64,000 nucleotides of DNA, from IMG/VR virus record IMGVR_UViG_3300008259_003761, one strand, 5' to 3'. Below are positions 20,134-29,090 of this stretch, in pieces. Origin of the DNA: an uncultured virus (IMG/VR IMGVR_UViG_3300008259_003761). Lineage: Duplodnaviria > Heunggongvirae > Uroviricota > Caudoviricetes. A program made the translations under genes and the position numbers. The notes under the pieces were generated by a model, which made no database searches, had not been told where the DNA came from, and saw only the letters and a program-made list of their open reading frames with translations. The first letter of the stretch is position 1; every line of letters begins with the position of its first letter.

Positions 20134-20297
20134 CATACATTAATAAACACTTACCAAAATACGAAGATTTAAAAAAAGAATTAGAATCAAATCCTGATAA
20201 TCTAAGATATTATACAAAATACGAAGGGTTCATTGGTGATTCGGATTCTATTGCTTATATAAACTTTAAAATTAACAAACTAACAAAGAAAAAACAA

Positions 20298-21365
20298 ATG
20301 AAAACATTTTTAACATATGATGATATCCAACTTGTTCCAGCGTACTCTGAAATTGAAACAAGAAAAAGTATCAAACTACAAACTTTAGTTACAAAACGAT
20401 ATGGATTAAACACTCCATTAGTAGCATCTCCAATGGATACTGTTTGTGGATTAGATATGGCGTACAAAATGATGCTAATGGGTGGTGTTGGTTGTATTCA
20501 TAGATTTATGAGTATTGATGAACAATCTGAAATTATAAAGCATTTAAAATATAAAATTTACGGAGATGGATTTGGTGGACCATTTGAAGAGTGGGGAATT
20601 ATGTATGATGATTGGCATTCTGAAATCAAACAAGTACCTATTATGGCTGCGGTTGGTGCTAATGGGGATTATTTAGAAAGAGCACAATCATTAATTGCAG
20701 CCGGTGCAAATATTATCTTAATTGATGTAGCACATGGTCATCATCAAAATGTAAAATTAGCAATCGAAAACATTAAAGCAATTAGTTCAGAAGTTGATGT
20801 AATTGCTGGAAATATAGCTACGGCAGAAGCAGCTATGGATTTACAAAGTTGGGGAGCTGATGGATTGAGAGTTGGAGTTGGTGGTGGTTCACTTTGTACT
20901 ACTCGTATTAAAACTGGATTTGGTGTACCAAATGTAACTTGTTTAGAAGAAATTATTTCAGTATCAAAAGTACCAGTAATGGCAGATGGTGGAATTCGTA
21001 CAAGTGGTGATATCTCCAAAGCATTAGCATTAGGGGCATCATCTGTTATGTTAGGTTCTTTATTAGCTGGAACTGATGAAGCACCTGGTCAAATTATTCA
21101 AAAGCAAAATGGACTATATAAACGATACAGAGGAGCTGCATCTTTGGAAACAAAAGTAACTCACGGACAAGAAGCTAGAAACGTAGAAGGTGAATCTACA
21201 ATTATTCCATATAAGGGTGGTGTAAAATATATCATCACCGAATTGTTAGATGGAGTACGTTCATCATTATCATATGGTGGAGCAACATCATTAAAAGAAT
21301 TCAATCCACATTATGTTATTGTAACAAATGCTGGTATCACCGAAGCAAAACCACACTTACTATAA
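20298..21365 (+). CDS. guaB: IMP dehydrogenase / GMP reductase family enzyme (no CBS domains)
   Basis: LTYDDI, SPMDTV, IDVAHGH, GVGGGSLCTTR, ADGGI and YRGAAS motifs. Likely start MKTFL at 20298; 20130-20297 looks like a separate small ORF read through in frame. Confidence 0.8.
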   Translation: MKTFLTYDDIQLVPAYSEIETRKSIKLQTLVTKRYGLNTPLVASPMDTVCGLDMAYKMMLMGGVGCIHRFMSIDEQSEIIKHLKYKIYGDGFGGPFEEWGIMYDDWHSEIKQVPIMAAVGANGDYLERAQSLIAAGANIILIDVAHGHHQNVKLAIENIKAISSEVDVIAGNIATAEAAMDLQSWGADGLRVGVGGGSLCTTRIKTGFGVPNVTCLEEIISVSKVPVMADGGIRTSGDISKALALGASSVMLGSLLAGTDEAPGQIIQKQNGLYKRYRGAASLETKVTHGQEARNVEGESTIIPYKGGVKYIITELLDGVRSSLSYGGATSLKEFNPHYVIVTNAGITEAKPHLL

Positions 21366-21375
21366 AACAAAACTT

Positions 21376-21954
21376 ATGAAAGTTAAAAAAATAGAAAAAT
21401 CAGAAATATCAGCAGATGATATTCAACTTTATAAAGATTCCATAAAAAAACTAAAAGGAGTTGTATTCACAGCAAATGATGTGAATATGAATAAAAGAAT
21501 TATAACAATTAGATTAGGAAATGTAGAAGATGAATTAACACTAGTTAATCCAATACCAACTACCATTTCGGAAAAACCATTGGTTTATTTTGAAAAAGAT
21601 TTTATAAAAAACAAAGTTAGAAAAACCATAAGATATCCGTATTTGGTAATTGATACTGATAATTTAGGTAGTGTTGAATTTAAAGCCGATAACCAAAATG
21701 GTGATTGGAAAAATGCAGATGAGTTTTTTACTGATGCTGGTTTGTTGGAATGTGTATTAGTTCAAAGAGCAATTGATGCTATGGATGGTGTTGATATAAC
21801 TCACCCAATACGAGCATATTCAGAAACTGTTGTTAAAGATAAAGAGCCTGGTAGAAATGATAAACTTATGTTACAAGGACCTGATGGTGATATGATTTTT
21901 GTTAAATATAAAAAAGCAGAATCGTATATTAAAATGGGATATAAAAAAGTATAA
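21376..21954 (+). CDS. degenerate peptide-deformylase-like protein
   Basis: PDF-like layout (GVVFTANDV, LVNP, TIRY, VQRAIDAMDG) without metal ligands; C-terminal PGRND. Confidence 0.6.
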   Translation: MKVKKIEKSEISADDIQLYKDSIKKLKGVVFTANDVNMNKRIITIRLGNVEDELTLVNPIPTTISEKPLVYFEKDFIKNKVRKTIRYPYLVIDTDNLGSVEFKADNQNGDWKNADEFFTDAGLLECVLVQRAIDAMDGVDITHPIRAYSETVVKDKEPGRNDKLMLQGPDGDMIFVKYKKAESYIKMGYKKV

Positions 21955-21965
21955 ATTTTTGATAT

Positions 21966-22223
21966 ATGGCTAAGATGATATTTAATATAGATAAGACAGA
22001 TTATAGAGAAGCATTCAATATAGAGTTATCTGTTCCTGATGATATGAACATTTTTGAGTTCAAAACAGTTTGTGTAAGAATGGCTTCGGCGATGGGTTAC
22101 ACCGATTTATCAATAAAAAAAGCATTTGGTAGTACCGAATATGAAACAAAAGATGATGTTGAGTTTAAAAAATTTATAAACTCTGTTTTAGGTGTACACT
22201 CCGGTTCTTTACAAACAATTTAA
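21966..22223 (+). CDS. hypothetical protein
   Basis: 85-aa ORF in operon context. Confidence 0.6.
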   Translation: MAKMIFNIDKTDYREAFNIELSVPDDMNIFEFKTVCVRMASAMGYTDLSIKKAFGSTEYETKDDVEFKKFINSVLGVHSGSLQTI

Positions 22224-22225
22224 TT

Positions 22226-22474
22226 ATGCAAAGTATATTAGAAATGAATTTGCTATCTCAGCAAGAAGAATTAATTAAACTACAAATACTATTACATGCA
22301 TTAGTAGATGAATTAGTTGAGACAGACGTAATTTCAGCAGAATCTTTGGATTCCAGATTGAAAGAAAAAGTTGATTTGGTAAATAAAATAATAGAAAAAC
22401 AAAAAGAAAAATTACATTTAAATGATGATATTGCTTTAAGTAATATTTTCAATGCTCCTATGGGAGAGGCTTAA
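22226..22474 (+). CDS. hypothetical protein
   Basis: 82-aa helical ORF in operon context. Confidence 0.6.
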   Translation: MQSILEMNLLSQQEELIKLQILLHALVDELVETDVISAESLDSRLKEKVDLVNKIIEKQKEKLHLNDDIALSNIFNAPMGEA

Positions 22475-22475
22475 A

Positions 22476-22507
22476 TTTGGAAATGTGAAAAAAATATCGT
22501 ATATTTG
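22476..22507 (+). promoter_or_regulatory. Bacteroidota sigma-70-type promoter
   Basis: TTTG-N20-TATATTTG. Confidence 0.75.
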
Positions 22508-22528
22508 TATAATATACTTTTAAAAAAT

Positions 22529-23104
22529 ATGGAAACTAGAGGTTCAAAAATAATATTTGTTTTCTTCTGCTTGATTGTTTTGGGATATATCTCAAATATA
22601 ACTCAAAAACAAAACGTAGCTGAGATAAAAAAAGTAGAGGATATAAAGTTAAATACCAATATTGTGGATTTAACAAATTACCCATTAAAGAAAATGAGTT
22701 CATTTTTGCGAGCAATAGGTAGAACTGAATCTGGAAATGACTATCAGGCTGTAAATAGATTTGGATATTTAGGTAGATATCAATTTCATCCAAGAACAAT
22801 AAATGGACTTGGTTATGATATTGATGATTCTACTTTTTTAAATACACCACATTTGCAAGATAAAGTTATGATGGATTATTTAAGGTATAATAAAAAAATA
22901 TTAAGTAAATACATCCGTAAATGGAACGGAAAAATTATAGGTGATAAGGTAGTAACGGAAAGTGGTATATTAGCAGCCGCCCATCTTGTTGGACCGGGTG
23001 GTGTTATGGAATACTTCGATAAGGGAGTTGATTCTTCCGATGCTAATGGAACAAAAGTGAGTAACTATTTGTTTAGGTTTAGCGGATATAAAATTAAAAT
23101 ATAA
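22529..23104 (+). CDS. membrane-anchored lysozyme/transglycosylase-like protein
   Basis: N-terminal TM; AIGRTESG, GYLGRYQF and LAAAHL.G motifs. Confidence 0.7.
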   Translation: METRGSKIIFVFFCLIVLGYISNITQKQNVAEIKKVEDIKLNTNIVDLTNYPLKKMSSFLRAIGRTESGNDYQAVNRFGYLGRYQFHPRTINGLGYDIDDSTFLNTPHLQDKVMMDYLRYNKKILSKYIRKWNGKIIGDKVVTESGILAAAHLVGPGGVMEYFDKGVDSSDANGTKVSNYLFRFSGYKIKI

Positions 23105-23109
23105 AATAT

Positions 23110-23379
23110 ATGAGTTTATTTGTTTATTTTTTATTGGTAGTTATACTACCAGCTTCGGTAATATTTAATATTCTTCTTTTAATAAGAGGTTTAAATGTTG
23201 TTAAGCAAAACGAACAATTAGTAGATGTTGTTAATGAATATGATTTAAGACAATTTGAAACATCTCAAAAATTAGAAACAATGCTTCAAACAATGAAGGA
23301 TATCGATAGTAGTGGGGCATTTGAATCCGATGATGAAGTATGCCTAGAAAAAAGAAAAGTAAACAATACTTTACATTAG
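23110..23379 (+). CDS. small membrane protein (C-terminus possibly lost)
   Basis: N-terminal TM; after GAFESDDEV it runs 40 nt into the next gene. Confidence 0.55.
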   Translation: MSLFVYFLLVVILPASVIFNILLLIRGLNVVKQNEQLVDVVNEYDLRQFETSQKLETMLQTMKDIDSSGAFESDDEVCLEKRKVNNTLH

Positions 23380-24071
23380 ATACAGAACAAGCTATTATTG
23401 AATATAATAAAACAAAAGACCCATTAAAAAGAAATAAAATATATGTGGAAAGCATACAATATCCTTTTGAAAAGTTAGCTGAAAATATTCTAAATACATT
23501 TAAGTTTTCCTATTTTGATGTACCTAAACAGGACGTTCAAATGGAAGTTGTTTCTACATTGATTGAAAAAATTCATATGTTTAAAGAAGGAAAGGGTAAA
23601 GCCTTTTCTTATTTTAGTATCGTTGCAAAAAACCATTTAATTCTTAAAAATAATGGTAACTACAAACGATTTAAAAAAACATCACTACTTTCAGAAATGC
23701 CTGAAAGTTGGAATCCACCAGATGATTTTGAACATGTTGAGTTAGGTAAGGAGTATAACGAATTTAAAGATTTGATGCTAATCTATTGGGACAAAAATCT
23801 TACAAAGGTTTTTACCAAAAAAAGAGATATACAAATAGCCGATGCGGTATTAGAATTATTCCGTAGAAGTCAATACATTGAAAACTTTAATAAGAAACAT
23901 TTATATCTTCTAATTAGAGAAATGACAGATTGTAAAACACATTATATTACAAAAGTAGTTAATGTAATGAAGGAGCATCAAAGACGAATACTAAATGAAT
24001 ATTTGGATTATGGGTCTGTTACCAACCAAAATGATGATTTTTGGGAAGAAACATATTTATATGAGGAATAA
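23340..24071 (+). CDS. phage sigma factor, gp55-like (late transcription)
   Basis: KQYF...AIIEYN, LAEN and region-2-like FKEGKGKAFSYFSIVAKNHLI. Confidence 0.65.
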   Translation: MPRKKKSKQYFTLDTEQAIIEYNKTKDPLKRNKIYVESIQYPFEKLAENILNTFKFSYFDVPKQDVQMEVVSTLIEKIHMFKEGKGKAFSYFSIVAKNHLILKNNGNYKRFKKTSLLSEMPESWNPPDDFEHVELGKEYNEFKDLMLIYWDKNLTKVFTKKRDIQIADAVLELFRRSQYIENFNKKHLYLLIREMTDCKTHYITKVVNVMKEHQRRILNEYLDYGSVTNQNDDFWEETYLYEE

Positions 24072-24082
24072 AAGCATATATT

Positions 24083-24448
24083 ATGACGGATTTATTATCA
24101 ATGTTACTACACAGCCGTAATCAGGCTCATGTATTTCATCTTAGAGTATCACCTAAAGGGTTAGCTCCACACTTAGCTCTACAATCATATTATGAAGGTA
24201 TTGTTCCATTAATAGATGAACTTGCAGAAGGATACCAAGGTATGGTTGGTTTAATTGAATTTAAACCAGTTAAAGGATTGGATAACGATGCATCTATTGA
24301 TAATATAATTTCTTACTTCGAAACTCTCCTAAAATTTGTTAAAAAGCAAAGACAATCAGAAGAAATTTCATCTTCTTGGATTCAAAACGAAATAGATAAT
24401 ATTGAAAAGTTAATCTATCAGACAATGTATAAATTGAAAAATTTATAA
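24083..24448 (+). CDS. ferritin/Dps-like protein (DUF5856-like)
   Basis: QAHVFHL...HLAL..YY...IDELAE.YQG four-helix metal-ligand pattern. Confidence 0.7.
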   Translation: MTDLLSMLLHSRNQAHVFHLRVSPKGLAPHLALQSYYEGIVPLIDELAEGYQGMVGLIEFKPVKGLDNDASIDNIISYFETLLKFVKKQRQSEEISSSWIQNEIDNIEKLIYQTMYKLKNL

Positions 24449-24549
24449 TATTTACTGTTACGGATTAAATAGTTTTTAAAAATAGTTAGTACCAATAGGT
24501 TTTTTTAAAGGTTTCTTTATGTGTTATACTAATAATACAAAAGGATTAT

Positions 24550-25035
24550 ATGATGAAGAACTTATTGGTTTTTTTATTTGCATTACTATACATAAACGTA
24601 ACTCAAGCACAAACCCAAATTTTTGTTGGTGATGTAACCAATGGTATTAAGATTGGGCCTATGATTGGTAATAAAAACCTTATATTAGGTCTGAGAAATA
24701 TTGCAGAGGAAGCTTTTATGGATAAGGGTTTTGATATCGTTGCAAAAAACGATTCAACCATGAAACTTAATATGGAGATTGTGTATTTCGATATACTATC
24801 CACAAACGCTGGTGTTAGCGTATTTCACAAAACAAATGCTGAAACCATTATCCGAATAAAAGGGTATTTGGTAAAAGATGGTAAGAAGGTTAAAGAATAT
24901 TTAGCAACCGGAAAATCATCGGAAATTTCTACGTCAACTATGGTTATAGATGAAGGTGGTGGTATAAATCAACAAGCTGCCCGTTCTGCTCTTAAAAAAA
25001 CAATTATAGAACTAATTGACAAACTAACCATATGA
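24550..25035 (+). CDS. secreted CsgG/TolB-N-fold-like protein (short paralogue)
   Basis: Signal peptide; C-terminal G.S.E..T....NQ...ALKK matches ORF 28337. Confidence 0.55.
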   Translation: MMKNLLVFLFALLYINVTQAQTQIFVGDVTNGIKIGPMIGNKNLILGLRNIAEEAFMDKGFDIVAKNDSTMKLNMEIVYFDILSTNAGVSVFHKTNAETIIRIKGYLVKDGKKVKEYLATGKSSEISTSTMVIDEGGGINQQAARSALKKTIIELIDKLTI

Positions 25036-26942
25036 AAAAACTATTATTATTAGCTGGATTACTAATCTCCAGCTTTTCGATTTTCGCTCAAAACCCATCT
25101 ATTGGACATTTTCAGCAATTGCAAACTGTAAAAAGAGGTGATACCTTAGAAGTAGCTTGGTACTATCAACCAGTGGCAAATACGGATATCCGTTCTTTCC
25201 AAGTTGATTTTCAGTACAAAAAACAACTTTTAACACACATCTCTACTACGGTAGCATCTACCTACAATTCACAAACTCCGTATGTGGATTACAAACAATT
25301 TGATAACTACAAATATAATTCATATTCAAATGGAGCGTACAATTACACAACTGATACCAGTTGGACTGTTGCTAGAAACTATTTAATTTTAGCTAGTGGT
25401 AATGCTATATCATCAAATTCTTATATTATTTACAACAAATATAAAATTAATGATGTACAATCAAACTTCGCTTCAGATTCGGTAACTGTAAACTGGGCTA
25501 GATTATTTAAAGTTGATGGTACATCTATTGGTGATAACGTTGCTAATTTAACAAATAAAAAGTTAGCAATATATCTTAAAGGTAACTTTACAATATCTGG
25601 TAAGGTTTGGTTGGCTGCAAATATGACGGCTAAACCAACTGTAGTTGCAACAGAATTTAATAGTGGTTTGATTGCATCTAGCATTGTTGTAAATAATGAT
25701 GGAACATACACTTTACCAAATATTGAGGAACAAACAAAATATAAAATTAGTGTATTATTCCCACAAGATAGTTTAACCAATATTAGAGATTATGCGGTAA
25801 CTATAACCGATGGTACTAAAACTTATGATGAATTTACAAAAACTGATGTAAGCCAACAATATAGTAAATTGTATCTTAAATCAGGTTTAGCTTACTTACA
25901 AGCAGATATAAATAAAACAGGAACATTAGATGGTGGTGATGCGTATGGTATATACGCTTCGGTTTCTGGGTTGAAAAAAATAGATACGGCTAATTTAATA
26001 AGTGTATTCCATGCGGCTGAATATGACTCTTTAGTTTTAGGACAAAATCAATGGACTACATGGGCAAATTACATAAACAGAGGTGAGTTTGTAGTGGATA
26101 GTGTACAAACATCTAACCTTACTGTAAATTTAAAATATATGATTTTGGGTGATGTTAATAGAAGTCATTCATCTCCTGTATTTAATCAATCGGGTACTGA
26201 AGTATTAGCATACAATATTATAGGTAATATGGATGTTAATATTCCAGACACTTATACCGCAGCTGGTCAACCATTATTCGTACCATTCAATGTTAGTTTT
26301 GCAGACAACAAACAAAATGCAGGACTTCAATTTGAAATGAAATATGACCCAACCAAAGTTAAATTTGAAGAAATCGTATCAAATATACAAGGCCCTTGGT
26401 TACAATATGTAACACATGATGAGCAAAATGGTATTGTTAGATTTGGTGGTATGAACAACCAAAATAGTGGATTTTTAACTGGTAATTCTACACCATTTAA
26501 ACTTAAATTTTCACCGATTGGAAATAATGATATAACATCAAATATATATGTTAGAAGATTAATGGATGCATCTGATGTAAATGGTGACCCATTTGCAATA
26601 ACATTAGCATCTGATAGAGTTACTATTAGTAATAAAGCAATGCCTGGCTTTGTTAATGGTGGTATGATGAAAGAAATTACGGCTAAGGTTTTTCCAAACC
26701 CAAGCAACGGTATGTTTGAGTTAGTAGTAGATTTCCCAGAACCAAATATGTTCGTTGTAGCTAATGTTTATGATTTTGATGGTAATTTGGTTAAACGAAT
26801 TGGTAAAATTCAAGCAGAACAATACTTATTGACAGCACAAACACGTGTTGAAATGCAGGGAGCAAGACCTGGCGGTGGTTATTTTGTATCGTTACAATCT
26901 CCAAATGGTAAAGCAGTTACGAAGAAATTATTAATATTATAA
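25032..26942 (+). CDS. T9SS-secreted cohesin/dockerin scaffold protein
   Basis: Signal peptide; cohesin-like (SFQVDFQY); dockerin-like (ADINKTGTLDGGDAY...LGDVN); cohesin (GLQFEMKYDPTKVKF...VRFGG); T9SS type A CTD (VFPNPS...VYDFDG...YFV...TKKLLIL). Confidence 0.78.
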   Translation: MKKLLLLAGLLISSFSIFAQNPSIGHFQQLQTVKRGDTLEVAWYYQPVANTDIRSFQVDFQYKKQLLTHISTTVASTYNSQTPYVDYKQFDNYKYNSYSNGAYNYTTDTSWTVARNYLILASGNAISSNSYIIYNKYKINDVQSNFASDSVTVNWARLFKVDGTSIGDNVANLTNKKLAIYLKGNFTISGKVWLAANMTAKPTVVATEFNSGLIASSIVVNNDGTYTLPNIEEQTKYKISVLFPQDSLTNIRDYAVTITDGTKTYDEFTKTDVSQQYSKLYLKSGLAYLQADINKTGTLDGGDAYGIYASVSGLKKIDTANLISVFHAAEYDSLVLGQNQWTTWANYINRGEFVVDSVQTSNLTVNLKYMILGDVNRSHSSPVFNQSGTEVLAYNIIGNMDVNIPDTYTAAGQPLFVPFNVSFADNKQNAGLQFEMKYDPTKVKFEEIVSNIQGPWLQYVTHDEQNGIVRFGGMNNQNSGFLTGNSTPFKLKFSPIGNNDITSNIYVRRLMDASDVNGDPFAITLASDRVTISNKAMPGFVNGGMMKEITAKVFPNPSNGMFELVVDFPEPNMFVVANVYDFDGNLVKRIGKIQAEQYLLTAQTRVEMQGARPGGGYFVSLQSPNGKAVTKKLLIL

Positions 26943-26953
26943 AATAAAATTTT

Positions 26954-27271
26954 ATGTCTGAAGAAGTACAAGAAAATGATGGAACTTTGTCTGGTTTAAA
27001 AAAGACTATTATTGGTGTAGTAACAACCGCAGTGATGGGTTTAGGAACTTGGGGAGTAACTCAAATTACAGGCGGTGGTGATGAACCAGCACCTGTTCAA
27101 CAAGCAGCTCCAGTAATCAACATTACCAACTCCAACCAACAAGCTCAACAATCTGGTGGAACTAAAGTAATTGAAAGAGTAATAGAAAAACCAGCAGCTC
27201 AACCAGCACCGGCTCCAAAGCCTAAGAAAAAAGAAGGTGATGAGTTCAAAGAAGAAGCACCTAAGTGGTAA
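26954..27271 (+). CDS. single-TM protein with Pro/Gln-rich tail
   Basis: One TM, then PAPVQQAAPVINI...PAPAPKPKK. Confidence 0.7.
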   Translation: MSEEVQENDGTLSGLKKTIIGVVTTAVMGLGTWGVTQITGGGDEPAPVQQAAPVINITNSNQQAQQSGGTKVIERVIEKPAAQPAPAPKPKKKEGDEFKEEAPKW

Positions 27272-27297
27272 TTTAAAATATAAAAAATTTATATAAA

Positions 27298-27918
27298 ATG
27301 GCAGAACAACCAAGTGGGTTTAAAGACCTATTGAACAAAATGATGGCCAGAAGATGGTACATCACTGCATTAGTATTGGGTGGATTTATGTTAATAATGG
27401 GCGGTATGTTTGCGGCCATTTTTAACAAATCCGATATAGCAGGAGAGTGGAAAGAACTTCTACTCCTTTTATTAGGAGCCTTTATCGGTTCTTATGGTAA
27501 AATCATTGACTATTGGTTTAGTGATACTGATAAGGATAAAATGTTAGTTCAGAAAATGGATGAAGAAGATGGTACATCAATGAGTAACACAGCTGATATG
27601 CCTGTAACTCCACCAAATAATACTCCATTAATTCCAGAAGCATTTACCGCAGCAATTTCAAATGCAGCATCTCAACCAAAAGAAGTTAATTCTCAAATTA
27701 CTGATGCAGTTACTACTGAAGCTCCAAAAGCTAAAGTTGGTGTTGAAATTGATGAAGATGGTGATGGTGTAATGGATGGACTAGACTTAGATGGTGATGG
27801 TGATATCGATGAATACTTTACACATAGACAATGTGAGCACGTTTGGGGCGATTTGGATGGCAATGGTACAGAAGAGTGTATTAAATGCGGAAAAATCAAA
27901 GACGATGAAGAAGGATAA
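27298..27918 (+). CDS. two-TM protein with DxDGDG Ca-binding repeats and CxH/CxxC motif
   Basis: Two TMs; DEDGDG, DLDGDG, DLDGNG; CEH...CIKC. Confidence 0.7.
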   Translation: MAEQPSGFKDLLNKMMARRWYITALVLGGFMLIMGGMFAAIFNKSDIAGEWKELLLLLLGAFIGSYGKIIDYWFSDTDKDKMLVQKMDEEDGTSMSNTADMPVTPPNNTPLIPEAFTAAISNAASQPKEVNSQITDAVTTEAPKAKVGVEIDEDGDGVMDGLDLDGDGDIDEYFTHRQCEHVWGDLDGNGTEECIKCGKIKDDEEG

Positions 27919-28003
27919 TAAAATAAACGAAAGTTTAATTGGTTTTGGAATTGTAATTGTTTGGTTTATATTAATGTTTGTTATAGCTCAATATGTTGTG
28001 TAA
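27905..28003 (+). CDS. small single-TM peptide (32 aa)
   Basis: MKKDNKINESLIGFGIVIVWFILMFVIAQYVV. Confidence 0.4.
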   Translation: MKKDNKINESLIGFGIVIVWFILMFVIAQYVV

Positions 28004-28026
28004 TAAACAATAATAAAATTAAAATT

Positions 28027-28287
28027 ATGGGATTCTGGAAAGATTTATTTAGCGATGATAACCAAATTAACGAAAAATCAGTAGTTGGATTTGGTGCATT
28101 TGTAATGATGGTAATAACATTGGCAACTGATTTAGTTACCGGAGTATTGGGTAGAGAGATGCCAATTCACGAATTTGTATTTGATGGATTTATGGTAATA
28201 ACATTAGGTTCATTTGGTATAGCATCGGTTGATAAATTCATCAACGCTAAAAAGGGAAAAGAAAATTCTGAAGAAGAATTAGGATAA
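28027..28287 (+). CDS. two-TM membrane protein (holin-like topology)
   Basis: Start moved to MGFWKDLF; two TMs and a charged C-terminus. Confidence 0.65.
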   Translation: MGFWKDLFSDDNQINEKSVVGFGAFVMMVITLATDLVTGVLGREMPIHEFVFDGFMVITLGSFGIASVDKFINAKKGKENSEEELG

Positions 28288-28290
28288 AAA

Positions 28291-28315
28291 GAGGGGAGAA
28301 CAATCTCCCCTTTTT
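28291..28315 (+). terminator. intrinsic terminator
   Basis: aggggaga-acaa-tctcccct + T-run. Confidence 0.75.
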
Positions 28316-28336
28316 ACATTTACTAAAAATATTATT

Positions 28337-29053
28337 ATGAAAAAACTATTATTTTTATTTACATTAATTTCAACACTTAATCTTAGTGCTCAAACTATTG
28401 GTACTACAAAAACCGAACAATATAAAGCTTCGTTTGAAACACAAATTGATATTTCTCAATATATGGATTATGATGGACCACAAATTCCAATTCAAATCTT
28501 AAAATGTGGTATATCCGATGAAATGTACGAACTATATCCTGAACTAAAAGAGAAAAGAGTTGGATTGGGTGTTGCAAACATTTCAATGGAATATTTAGAA
28601 AATCTTAATAGATTTAAATTTACTGAAGATAAAACTGAAATTAAAAATAGAATGGTTAAGCAATTCCAAGCATCTCAAGCTGGAATAGCTGAAAATCCAT
28701 TAGATGGTAGAGGTAAAATTAACTTAGCAAAATACTTTGTAACAATAGAGTGCTACGATTATTCAATATCAGAAGATGAGACGGTAAATCTTAAAGATGG
28801 TGTTAAAAATATGATGGTAACTCGTATTGGTTTACAGGTTCGTTTTACTGATGCGGAAACTGGTGTAGTATTTGGTGCTAGTGGGTTGGGTGAAGCAACA
28901 ACAACTAGAGAACTAACATTACTTTCAGATGCTACTGTAGACCCAGTTAAATTTAATCAATCAACCATTTCTATCGCCACAAAGAAAGCATTGGATATTG
29001 CTTGTGCAAGAATTCTACAAAGAATGGTAACCAAAGGTATATTTACTAAGTAA
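28337..29053 (+). CDS. CsgG/HfaB-like secretion/assembly protein
   Basis: Signal peptide; GLGVANI..EYLE..NRFKFTE; YFVTIECYDY; GLQVRFTDAETG, matching the CsgG RF...ER and LR..D..TGE pattern. Confidence 0.65.
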   Translation: MKKLLFLFTLISTLNLSAQTIGTTKTEQYKASFETQIDISQYMDYDGPQIPIQILKCGISDEMYELYPELKEKRVGLGVANISMEYLENLNRFKFTEDKTEIKNRMVKQFQASQAGIAENPLDGRGKINLAKYFVTIECYDYSISEDETVNLKDGVKNMMVTRIGLQVRFTDAETGVVFGASGLGEATTTRELTLLSDATVDPVKFNQSTISIATKKALDIACARILQRMVTKGIFTK

Positions 29054-29090
29054 TAAGTTTCAATTAATAATTGAATGTACAAATGTATAA

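Noticed and set aside
20130..20297. Genuine N-terminal extension of IMPDH
   Set aside because: The family-typical start (MKTFLTYDD) is at 20298 after an A-rich leader; the upstream part looks like a separate small gene.
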